Shown in pieces: positions 28,027-35,195 of a stretch of 45,044 bases of DNA. Position numbers and translations under genes: made by a program. Under the pieces are notes generated by a model. That model did not search any database, was not told where the DNA came from, and saw nothing but the letters and a program-made list of their open reading frames with translations. The stretch comes from an uncultured Gammaproteobacteria bacterium (GTDB lineage: Bacteria; Patescibacteriota; Patescibacteriia; Patescibacteriales; CAZTIC01), in contig CAZTIC010000002.1 of NCBI GenBank assembly GCA_964613625.1, forward strand, positions 1-45,044, given 5' to 3'. Within the stretch, counting starts at the first letter, position 1; the number at the start of each line of letters is the position of its first letter.

Positions 28027-28371
28027 TTATAGAGTTTTTATGAAACCTGATATTAGTTTTGATATTTCAATGGATAAATTATTGAAATTTTTATAATTTT
28101 CATTATTTGTGTAATTTAGGGCTTGTGCTAAATACAGCATTGATCTTACTTCTCCGCATGAGCCTTTGGCAATAAAAAGAAAATATTTAAATTCTTTATC
28201 GCTTTTTCGCTCAAATCCTTCTGCAATATTATTCATTATTGACACAGACGCCCTTTGAATTTGATCTTTGAATCCAAAATCTTTACATCTATAAAATTCT
28301 TTATAAATATCTATTGTCATTGTTTTGGCTTTTTGCCAGGCGATAATATCTTCAAATTTTTCAATTTTCAT
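28027..28371 (-). CDS. Four-helix-bundle protein (23S rRNA intervening-sequence protein / Avd family)
   Basis: 114 aa. WQKAKTMTIDIYKEF ... QIQRASVSIMNNIAEGFERKSDKEFKYFLFIAKGSCGEVRSMLYLA is the family signature. Confidence 0.8.
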   Translation of the reverse strand: MKIEKFEDIIAWQKAKTMTIDIYKEFYRCKDFGFKDQIQRASVSIMNNIAEGFERKSDKEFKYFLFIAKGSCGEVRSMLYLAQALNYTNNENYKNFNNLSIEISKLISGFIKTL

Positions 28372-28382
28372 AAAATTAAGAT

Positions 28383-28501
28383 AACTTTAGACTTTATGGA
28401 CTTTAGACTTTAAGGACTTTATAGACTTTATAGACTTTATAGACTTTAGACTTTATAGACTTTAGACTTTATAGACTTTATAGACTTTATAGACTTTAGA
28501 C
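28383..28501 (+). repeat. Tandem heptamer array: 13 perfect GACTTTA units with 0- or 2-nt spacers
   Basis: Units start at 28390, 28399, 28406, 28415, 28424, 28433, 28442, 28449, 28458, 28465, 28474, 28483 and 28492. Spacers are tg, none, ag, ta, ta, ta, none, ta, none, ta, ta, ta. A degenerate AACTTTA precedes and a partial GAC follows. A higher-order 34-nt (9+9+9+7) block occurs twice. Confidence 0.95.
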
Positions 28502-28507
28502 TAATGC

Positions 28508-28765
28508 CTACCATTTGTTTATTTTATTAATAACCTTCTTTTTTATATTAAGATATGATTTAGTGGCTTCTTTTTCTACTTTAGGTGAAACTAATCGAAG
28601 TAGTTCTTTACCGAGAATACGATATTGACCACCTACTTTATTAGCCTTAATTAAGCCTTTTTTAAGCAGGCGCTTGATGGTGCTATTAGAAATCTTTAGA
28701 ATTTCTTGTGCTTCGTGGGTAGTATATATGGCATTTTGCTTTATTTCTTCATTTGTATTTTTCAT
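28508..28765 (-). CDS. Helix-turn-helix DNA-binding protein, excisionase/MerR-like family
   Basis: 85 aa. IYTTHEAQEILKISNSTIKRLLKKGLIKANKVGGQYRILGKELLRL. Confidence 0.7.
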   Translation of the reverse strand: MKNTNEEIKQNAIYTTHEAQEILKISNSTIKRLLKKGLIKANKVGGQYRILGKELLRLVSPKVEKEATKSYLNIKKKVINKINKW

Positions 28766-28772
28766 ATTATGA

Positions 28773-28800
28773 ATTATAACAAAGTGTCAAAAAGTGTCAA
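28773..28800 (-). promoter_or_regulatory. Consensus sigma-70-type promoter abutting the HTH start codon (leaderless layout)
   Basis: The minus strand reads TTGACA-cttt-TTGACA-cttt-gt-TATAAT-tcataat-ATG. Distal -35 at 28795-28800, 16-nt spacer, -10 at 28773-28778, 7 nt to ATG (28765). The plus strand shows AAAGTGTCAA twice in tandem (28781-28800). Confidence 0.55.
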
Positions 28801-28821
28801 TAGGTTTCAATGTAATAATTT

Positions 28822-28858
28822 AAAAAAGACAAAAATTTTTATATTTTGTCCTTTTTTT
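28822..28858 (-). terminator. Hairpin with flanking T/A runs downstream of the sugar transferase gene
   Basis: The minus strand reads GGACAAAA-tataaaaa-TTTTTGTC-TTTTTT. Lies 18-50 nt after the stop at 28876. Confidence 0.55.
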
Positions 28859-28875
28859 GGAATTAATTAAAAATA

Positions 28876-30231
28876 TTAAATTCCTCCCTTAGATAAAATA
28901 GTAGCTATAGTTTTTAGTATAATAGACAGGTCAAGATAAATTGATCTGTTTTTTATATAAAAGAGATCGTATTGTATTTTTTTCATAGTGTCTTCGTAGT
29001 TTGGAGAGTGATACTCGCCAGATATTTGGTCCCAGCCGGTGATACCAGGCTTTACTAATGTCCTCTCATTAAAGAATGGTATTTGTTTTTCTAGGGTTTC
29101 GGCGAGCTCAGGTCGTTCTGGTCTTGGTCCTACAAAACTCATTTCACCTTTTAGTATATTTATCATTTGAGTAAATTCATCAATTCTAGTTTTTCTCATA
29201 AAATTACCAACCTTGGTGGTGCGAGAATCATTATGCTCTGCTGGGTCAGGATTATTCTTGATAGTTTTTTGTGTACGAAATTTAATTAATCTAAAAATTT
29301 TTCCATTCTTGCCAACTCTTTTTTGAATGAAAAATATTGATTCTTTATTTTCAATTTTTAAAGCTAGCCCAATTATAATCCAAAATGGTAGAGTTATTAT
29401 AAATATCGCCAGAGCTAAAATAAAATCGTATGTTTTTTTTAGATAATCAAAAAACTTTTTATTGCCTTCGTTAAGGTTTTCTAGAAACCACATTTTGTTT
29501 ATTACGTTCACCGGTATTTTGCCTGTGATGTCTTCGTAGAATTTTGACAAGCCAACAAAGCTTGTTCCAAGTGAAAGACAATCGAACAGAATTGAACGAA
29601 GATTATTTGATTCACTAGGATCTTGAGCTAGAACTACGGTATTGATATTTTTTTTAGATATTAAATTTTTTAGATCATTTATATTGTCATAAATTGGCAA
29701 GCTAGAAATATTTTTATTTTCTTCATTTATCACAAAAGAGACAAAGTAGCCTAAGTGGGGCTTGTCTTTTAAAAATGTTATGAGCTCTTCTACTTGTTTA
29801 TTGTGTCCAATAAATGCAATATTTATTTTTGGAGCGTGCGTTTTGATCAAGTAGTTAAATAAATTTCTCCAGATAGAAAATAAAACAGCAAAGACAACGA
29901 TGAAGATAATTAAGTTTCTTTTCGGTGCGATATTTAGACTTGGGTTTAAATAGAAGTAAGCGGCTGAGAGAAGTCCAGAGATAATTAGAGTCTTAGTGAG
30001 CTTCTGATAAAAGCGAGAATTATTAACAGCGATGTTAATATTGTATAGATTGGTAATATAAAAAATGATCAACCAAAAAATAAAAATAAAAGAAAATGGA
30101 CCAAAATGGTTACTCCACAATCCTTCAGATGGGATACCTTGATATCTAATTAAAAGGGTTAAATATAAAGAGGTGTATAAAATCAAAATATCTCCAATAA
30201 GTAAAATAAATTTTTTAATTTTTATATTCAT
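28876..30231 (-). CDS. Polyprenyl-phosphate sugar-1-phosphate transferase (WbaP/EPS initiating 'bacterial sugar transferase')
   Basis: 451 aa with N-terminal TM block. C-terminal domain has FRLIKFRT, GEMSFVGPRPERPE, KPGITGWDQ. Confidence 0.85.
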   Translation of the reverse strand: MNIKIKKFILLIGDILILYTSLYLTLLIRYQGIPSEGLWSNHFGPFSFIFIFWLIIFYITNLYNINIAVNNSRFYQKLTKTLIISGLLSAAYFYLNPSLNIAPKRNLIIFIVVFAVLFSIWRNLFNYLIKTHAPKINIAFIGHNKQVEELITFLKDKPHLGYFVSFVINEENKNISSLPIYDNINDLKNLISKKNINTVVLAQDPSESNNLRSILFDCLSLGTSFVGLSKFYEDITGKIPVNVINKMWFLENLNEGNKKFFDYLKKTYDFILALAIFIITLPFWIIIGLALKIENKESIFFIQKRVGKNGKIFRLIKFRTQKTIKNNPDPAEHNDSRTTKVGNFMRKTRIDEFTQMINILKGEMSFVGPRPERPELAETLEKQIPFFNERTLVKPGITGWDQISGEYHSPNYEDTMKKIQYDLFYIKNRSIYLDLSIILKTIATILSKGGI

Positions 30232-30256
30232 GTAAATTATTGATAAATTTGTGTTT

Positions 30257-30285
30257 AATTTACCATCTTTTGGTCAAAAAATCAA
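30257..30285 (-). promoter_or_regulatory. Candidate promoter for the sugar transferase operon
   Basis: The minus strand reads TTGATT-17 nt-TAAATT, 25 nt upstream of ATG 30231. AT-rich background makes chance matches likely. Confidence 0.3.
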
Positions 30286-30307
30286 GTTTTTAGCTATTTA
30301 TAGCATA

Positions 30308-30336
30308 TTGATTGCTAATAACTATAATGTTATAAT
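30308..30336 (+). promoter_or_regulatory. Candidate promoter placing the transcription start at the holB ATG (leaderless layout)
   Basis: TTGATT (30308-30313), 17-nt spacer, TATAAT (30331-30336), then tttaac and ATG at 30343. A second TATAAT lies at 30323-30328. Confidence 0.45.
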
Positions 30337-30342
30337 TTTAAC

Positions 30343-31410
30343 ATGAATAAAGTATCCGAAAAGATAAAAATAAATTGGCCGTTTATAGGAAACGACAATA
30401 TAATAAAATATTTTTCTAGAAGTATAGCCAATGATAACGTATCAAGCTTTTATTTGTTTTTGGGTCCAAAAGATTTGGGAAAAACTACTTTAGCTATTCA
30501 TTTAGCCAAGATATTATTATGTCAAAGTAATCAGAAGTCAAATATCGTAATGCCATGCGAGGTTTGTCATTCTTGCAAAAAATTAGATTTGTATAGAACT
30601 AAAAAAGAAGATGATGGCCTGGATATACCTCATGGTGATTTTCACATTATCAAAAAAGAAAAAGACAAGAAAAATATCTCTATTGAGCAAGTTAGAGATT
30701 TTGTTAACAAAATAAACCTTAGTTCTTTTCTTGGAGGGTATAAAATTGGAATTATAAAAAATGCTGAGAGCTTGAGTAAAGAGGCATCGAATGCTTTACT
30801 CAAAACACTAGAAGAGCCAAAAGGTAAGGTAATGATAATAATGATTACTGATAATGAAGAGTATTTGCCAAAAACAATAATATCTCGCAGTCAAGTGATC
30901 AGATTTAGACCAGTAAACAAAAATATTATATATGATCATCTAATAAATAATTTTAAGGCATCTCGAAGTCGAGCTAAGAAATTATCCAGATTATCATTGG
31001 GCAAGCCGGCAATGTCAGTGAAATATTTTGAAGATCAGGATTTTTATAATCAATATTTAGATGAGATAAGATTTTTTTTGAATATAGTGAAAAGTAATGA
31101 TATTAATGAAAGATTGGAGATAGTGGGGAATTCAATTGGTAAAAGTATCTCAGGTCAAGAATTGGTTGAAAAAATAAAATTATTGCTAAATATTTGGCAA
31201 GGAGTGATTAGGGATCTATTGCTTCTTAATTATGATTTGGCAAATTTGATACAACATAATATAATAGAAGAAGATATTTATAAATTAAAAGAGACGTTTA
31301 ATCCAAATAGAGTGCTTAGAGTCTATAATATTTTTCAGAAAGGCAAAGAGTATTTAAATGCCAACGTTAATCCTAAATTTGTTATAGAAGGTGTTGTTAT
31401 TAATATATAA
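30343..31410 (+). CDS. holB: DNA polymerase III delta-prime subunit
   Basis: FYLFLGPKDLGKTTLAIHLAKILLC, zinc module CEVCHSC, ALLKTLEEP, TIISRSQVIRF. Confidence 0.8.
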   Translation: MNKVSEKIKINWPFIGNDNIIKYFSRSIANDNVSSFYLFLGPKDLGKTTLAIHLAKILLCQSNQKSNIVMPCEVCHSCKKLDLYRTKKEDDGLDIPHGDFHIIKKEKDKKNISIEQVRDFVNKINLSSFLGGYKIGIIKNAESLSKEASNALLKTLEEPKGKVMIIMITDNEEYLPKTIISRSQVIRFRPVNKNIIYDHLINNFKASRSRAKKLSRLSLGKPAMSVKYFEDQDFYNQYLDEIRFFLNIVKSNDINERLEIVGNSIGKSISGQELVEKIKLLLNIWQGVIRDLLLLNYDLANLIQHNIIEEDIYKLKETFNPNRVLRVYNIFQKGKEYLNANVNPKFVIEGVVINI

Positions 31411-31451
31411 ATTACAAATAACATTAATACTTATTTAATATTTATAAAAAT

Positions 31452-32513
31452 ATGCAAAAATTTAAATTTTCGATTCTTTTATTAATAATCTCTGTATTTG
31501 CTCTTAGTGGTTGTTCAATAAGTTTAAAATCAGATAGCAGTGGTAGTAATGGAGGTGTTTATTTTACAAACAATAAGGGTGATAATTGGCAGAGAAAGGT
31601 TCTTATACCAACTACTAGCGGAAGTCCAAAAAGTATTGCTGGGTTAGATGTGTCTTCTATCGCCATTGATCCATCTGACCATAAAGCCATTTATTTCGGC
31701 AGTGTTAGTAATGGTCTTTTTTATTCATATGATCAAGGTGCTGGCTGGAGACACGCGAGTCCTTTGAAGCAAATTACTATTACTAATGTTGCCGTTGATC
31801 CTGATTCGAAATGTATAATATATACAGCTATTGGAAATAAATTGCTTAAATCAACTGATTGTAATAGAACATGGGAGCAAGTATATAATGATAATAGTAT
31901 AAATGTTTTAATTAATACTATTGCTATTGATGCTTATGATACAAGTATAATCTATATAGGAACAAGTCGAGGAGAGATTATAAAAAGTGTTGATAGAGGA
32001 GGTAATTGGCAGACAATTGGTCGCTTTGACGATGACGTAAAAGAGATTGTGATAAATCCAAGTGATAGTAGAATTATTTTTACAGCTACCTTGAATAAAG
32101 GAATTTTTCGAACTAAAGATGGCGGAGAAAATTGGTTAAGTCTTAAAGAAAATTTGGAAGAATTTAGGAGGGCAAATAGATTTAAAGATATTGTTATTCC
32201 AGTAACAGATTCTGGTGAAGTATTTTTGGCAAATGGTTACGGTCTTTTGAAAACAACGGATTATGGTGATACTTGGAAGAGCATTAATTTAATTACTCCA
32301 GAAACTAAAACGGTGATAAATTCTTTGGCAGTAAATCCAAATAATTCAGATGAGATTTATTATGTAACTAATTCTACTTTCTATAGATCGCTTGACGGAG
32401 GAGAGAGTTGGGCTACCAAGAAATTGCCAACCACTAGAGCTGGATGGAAATTGTTGGTAGATTATGAAGATCCAAATATTATCTATATGGGTGTTAGAAC
32501 CTTAAAAAAATAA
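31452..32513 (+). CDS. Lipoprotein with seven Asp-box (BNR) repeats, beta-propeller (Ycf48/sortilin-like)
   Basis: Signal peptide with lipobox LSGC. Repeats are NNKGDNW, YDQGAGW, STDCNRTW, VDRGGNW, KDGGENW, TDYGDTW, LDGGESW. Confidence 0.7.
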   Translation: MQKFKFSILLLIISVFALSGCSISLKSDSSGSNGGVYFTNNKGDNWQRKVLIPTTSGSPKSIAGLDVSSIAIDPSDHKAIYFGSVSNGLFYSYDQGAGWRHASPLKQITITNVAVDPDSKCIIYTAIGNKLLKSTDCNRTWEQVYNDNSINVLINTIAIDAYDTSIIYIGTSRGEIIKSVDRGGNWQTIGRFDDDVKEIVINPSDSRIIFTATLNKGIFRTKDGGENWLSLKENLEEFRRANRFKDIVIPVTDSGEVFLANGYGLLKTTDYGDTWKSINLITPETKTVINSLAVNPNNSDEIYYVTNSTFYRSLDGGESWATKKLPTTRAGWKLLVDYEDPNIIYMGVRTLKK

Positions 32514-32535
32514 TTAAAATTAATTTTTCACTATT

Positions 32536-32623
32536 TGTCATCCTGGAGCGAAGCGGTAGGATCTAATTTGTTAAATTGCTAGAGATTCTATCACTGCGCT
32601 AGTGCTTCGTTCCAGAATGACAA
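32536..32623. repeat. GC-rich imperfect inverted repeat (20-nt arms, 48-nt spacer) of the GTCATCCTG-AGCGAAGCG type
   Basis: TTGTCATCCTGGAGCGAAGC (32536-32555) versus GCTTCGTTCCAGAATGACAA (32604-32623), 18/20 complementary. Inner TAGGATCT/AGATTCTA extends the stem. Confidence 0.75.
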
Positions 32624-32654
32624 GAATTTGTTATTAAATAATTAAAATAAATAT

Positions 32655-33209
32655 ATGAATCAATATTTACAAAATAAACAAGGAGAATTTGAAAAAATAA
32701 TTAATTTTTTCAAAAAAGAAATAGTAAACATAAGAACTGGACGAGCTAATCCCGCTATTCTTGAGGGGGTGCAAGTAGAGGCTTATGGAACAAAAACTCC
32801 TTTGAATGGTATGGCTAGTATTGCTGTTAATGATGGCAGGAGTATTACTATAACTCCGTGGGACAAAAGTGTTATCAAGGATATAGAAAAAGCTATTGCG
32901 AGTGCGGATCTAGGAGTTGGCGCGGTAAACGAGGGTGATCAAATTAGAATTACTGTTCCTGAAATGACTGAAGAAAACAGAAAAGAGTTAGTAAAGAAAC
33001 TGAATGAAAAACATGAAAAATCTCGTATATCTATTAGGCAGGTTCGAGATGAAATAAAAGACGAGATTGAAAGCGCTGAAAAAGAAAAGCAAATTTCCGA
33101 AGATGAAAAGTTTAATTTTTTGAAAGAATTAGATGAGGAGGTTAGTAGTAAAAATAACGCATTAAAAGAAACTACTGACAATAAAGAAAAAGACATAATG
33201 ACAGTTTAA
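32655..33209 (+). CDS. frr: Ribosome recycling factor
   Basis: 184 aa. IRTGRANPAILEGVQVEAYG ... ITITPWDKS ... IRITVPEMTEENRKELVK. Confidence 0.92.
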   Translation: MNQYLQNKQGEFEKIINFFKKEIVNIRTGRANPAILEGVQVEAYGTKTPLNGMASIAVNDGRSITITPWDKSVIKDIEKAIASADLGVGAVNEGDQIRITVPEMTEENRKELVKKLNEKHEKSRISIRQVRDEIKDEIESAEKEKQISEDEKFNFLKELDEEVSSKNNALKETTDNKEKDIMTV

Positions 33210-33217
33210 TAAATTTA

Positions 33218-33245
33218 GAATTACGAATTAAAAATTATAAATTAT
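33218..33245 (+). repeat. Four 7-nt-periodic AATTA units
   Basis: GAATTAC GAATTAA AAATTAT AAATTAT, in the frr-rseP spacer. Confidence 0.5.
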
Positions 33246-33268
33246 TTTTTGTTCATAATATGTAAAAA

Positions 33269-34432
33269 ATGTTTTTAACTATAGTAACTTTTATAGTAGT
33301 TTTATCAATTTTGGTTTTTGTTCATGAGCTTGGACATTTTTGGACTGCTACAAAATTTGGAGTAAAGGCTGATGAATTTGGTTTTGGATTTCCACCAAGA
33401 GTTTGGGGAATGTATCGGGACGAAAAAGGTAAATGGATACAGGTGCGTGGCAATAAAGAAGTAAAAGATCCTCCTAATACAATTTATTCAATTAATTGGT
33501 TGCCCTTGGGTGGATTTGTGAAGATCAAAGGAGAAGATGGTGAGGACGAAGACGACAAAGATAGCTTACTTAGTAAGCCGATTTGGCAAAGAGCTATAGT
33601 GATGTCAGCTGGAGTTACGATGAACGTGCTATTAGCAGCGGTTTTAATTTCTATTGGTCTTATGATTGGTCTGCCTCAGTCTATTGATGACTTGAGTCCA
33701 AAAGCTCGAATCGAGAGTGAACAAGTTCAGATATTACAAGTGATAAAAGAATCACCGGCGGCTAATGCTAATTTTCAACTAGGAGATGTTATTTTAAATA
33801 TAGATGGAAACGAATTCGTTCAAGTAGAAGACATTCAAAAATATGCTCACGATAATATTGATAACGAAATTAATTATTTAGTGTTAAGAGAAGGTGGGGA
33901 GATGCAGATAAAAGTGACTCCGGAGTTCAGAGAAGATACGGGAAAAGGTGGAATAGGTGTTTCTATCACCAAAATCGGTCTTGTTAGTTATCCTTGGTAT
34001 CTGGCAATTTATGAAGGTTTTAAAACAACTTTTATTTTACTCTGGATTATTTTGGTAGCTTTTTATGAGCTTATAAAGGGATTAATAACAGGACAGGGAC
34101 TCAGTGCTGATATCGCAGGTCCTGTTGGTATAGCAACTCTTACTGGCCAAATGGCTAGGATGGGTTTTGTTTATATCTTACAGTTTACAGCTCTTCTTTC
34201 TATTAATTTAGCTATAATTAATTTTTTACCATTTCCAGCTCTTGATGGTGGTAGAATATTATTTTTGATAATAGAAAAAATAAAAGGTTCCCCAGTAAAG
34301 CGTGAAGTAGAGAACGCTATTCATAATATCGGCTTTATGTTGCTTATGCTTTTGGTGCTAGTTGTTACTTTCAAGGACGTAGCAAGGTTTGGAAATGTTT
34401 TTAAGATGTTATTTGATAAAATTATTGGATAA
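33269..34432 (+). CDS. rseP: RIP metalloprotease RseP (site-2 protease, M50) with PDZ domain
   Basis: HELGHF at the N-terminus. NLAIINFLPFPALDGGRILF near the C-terminus. Confidence 0.88.
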   Translation: MFLTIVTFIVVLSILVFVHELGHFWTATKFGVKADEFGFGFPPRVWGMYRDEKGKWIQVRGNKEVKDPPNTIYSINWLPLGGFVKIKGEDGEDEDDKDSLLSKPIWQRAIVMSAGVTMNVLLAAVLISIGLMIGLPQSIDDLSPKARIESEQVQILQVIKESPAANANFQLGDVILNIDGNEFVQVEDIQKYAHDNIDNEINYLVLREGGEMQIKVTPEFREDTGKGGIGVSITKIGLVSYPWYLAIYEGFKTTFILLWIILVAFYELIKGLITGQGLSADIAGPVGIATLTGQMARMGFVYILQFTALLSINLAIINFLPFPALDGGRILFLIIEKIKGSPVKREVENAIHNIGFMLLMLLVLVVTFKDVARFGNVFKMLFDKIIG

Positions 34433-34462
34433 AAATATAAATTAATAATTAATTAAAATATT

Positions 34463-34786
34463 ATGCAAATTAAAATAAAAGCTACAAAGATAGAATTAAC
34501 AAGTGAATTGAAGAGTTATATTCAAGAGAAGATGGATATGTTAGATAAATATCTTGGTAGTATTCAAGTGATAAATTGTGATGTTGAAGTAGGAAAGAGT
34601 GTTGGTGGACAGAATAGTGGCGAAATATTTAGATGCGAAGTAAATCTTCAAGTGCCAAATGAGATTCTTCGTGTAGAGAAAACTGAAAAAGAATTATACA
34701 AAGCCATAGACAAGGTAAAAGATCATTTAGCTAGATCTATTAGAAGATATAAGCAGAAATTAATTGATAAGAGTAGGAAGGTTTAA
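34463..34786 (+). CDS. hpf: Ribosome hibernation promoting factor / RaiA family (short form)
   Basis: 107 aa. MQIKIKATKIELTSELKSYIQEKM ... AIDKVKDHLARSIRRYKQK. Confidence 0.85.
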   Translation: MQIKIKATKIELTSELKSYIQEKMDMLDKYLGSIQVINCDVEVGKSVGGQNSGEIFRCEVNLQVPNEILRVEKTEKELYKAIDKVKDHLARSIRRYKQKLIDKSRKV

Positions 34787-34787
34787 A

Positions 34788-34835
34788 CACCTCACCCCTT
34801 CGCTTCACTCTTCCCCTCTCCTAGTCAGGAGAGGG
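34788..34835 (-). repeat. Hairpin + GGGGTGAGG-tail repeat, inverted-orientation copy (tail first, 14-nt insertion); hairpin + T-run may terminate hpf
   Basis: CACCTCACCCC (34788-34798) ... CCCCTCTCC (34813-34821) tagtca GGAGAGGG (34828-34835), followed by ATTTTT. Confidence 0.8.
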
Positions 34836-34851
34836 ATTTTTAATAGGGTTT

Positions 34852-34886
34852 AAATGTACAGAGATATCTCTGTACATTTTATTTTT
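34852..34886 (+). terminator. Rho-independent terminator-like palindrome
   Basis: AAATGTACAGAGA-ta-TCTCTGTACATTT, followed by TATTTTTG. Confidence 0.7.
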
Positions 34887-34976
34887 GTGTTTATATTTGC
34901 TTTAATATTAGTTAATATTTGGATGGTAGTATTTTAGGGTGGGTAGTAGGGTGGTTTTAGGTGTTAGGTTTTTTGT

Positions 34977-35011
34977 CCCCTCTCCTTTGCAGGAGAGGGT
35001 TGGGGTGAGGT
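34977..35011 (+). repeat. Hairpin + GGGGTGAGGT-tail repeat, forward copy
   Basis: CCCCTCTCC (34977-34985) tttgca GGAGAGGG (34992-34999) TTGGGGTGAGGT (35000-35011). Preceded by a G/T-rich tract (34931-34972) that looks like decayed tail copies. Confidence 0.85.
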
Positions 35012-35076
35012 AGTTTAGATAGAAAAAAATAGTATTATAACTTTCAAGGTTCTGAAATAAAAAATCTCTTCTTTTT

Positions 35077-35104
35077 GTCATTTCCGCGGAGGAGGGAATC
35101 CAGG
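35077..35104. repeat. Degenerate copy of a GTCATTCCCGCG...CGGGAATCC-type palindromic repeat
   Basis: GTCATTTCCGCGGAGGAGGGAATCCAGG. The arms ATTTCC/GGGAAT are only partly complementary. Confidence 0.45.
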
Positions 35105-35175
35105 ATTAGTTCGTAGGAATGTGAATTATTAATATCCGAATTAATATATTTTACTTTTTGTAAGAAAAAAATAAC

Positions 35176-35195
35176 AATCCCGAGTACTCGGGATT
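35176..35195 (-). terminator. Perfect 20-nt palindrome with T-run on the minus strand; likely terminator of the PEP-utilizer gene
   Basis: AATCCCGAGT|ACTCGGGATT. On the minus strand it is followed by GTTATTTTTTT. On the plus strand it is followed by TGGGGTGA, the same tail as the hairpin-tail repeat family. Confidence 0.6.

Noticed and set aside
28027-28371. Diversity-generating retroelement, because the four-helix-bundle protein belongs to the Avd/IVS family
   Set aside because: No reverse transcriptase ORF and no template/variable repeat pair with adenine-specific differences are visible anywhere in the window.
28383-28501. CRISPR array or plasmid/chromosomal iteron origin as an explanation for the GACTTTA array
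   Set aside because: The units are 7 nt with 0-2-nt gaps, so there are no spacers. No cas genes, dnaA/rep genes or DnaA boxes are nearby. The array sits inside a co-directional operon.
28508-28765. Prophage or integrative element inferred from the excisionase-type HTH
   Set aside because: There is no integrase, phage structural or replication gene, and no att-like direct repeats bounding a region. The gene sits within an ordinary glycan operon.
32536-32623. Strand assignment of the inverted repeat from G:U versus C:A mismatches
   Set aside because: Of the three mismatched pairs, two would be G:U on the plus strand and one would be G:U on the minus strand. That is too few and inconsistent to infer a transcribed strand.
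34931-34972. G-quadruplex in the G/T-rich tract
   Set aside because: Only three GGG runs plus one GG are present, so a canonical four-tract G4 cannot form. The tract is better explained as decayed copies of the GGGTGAGGT tail.
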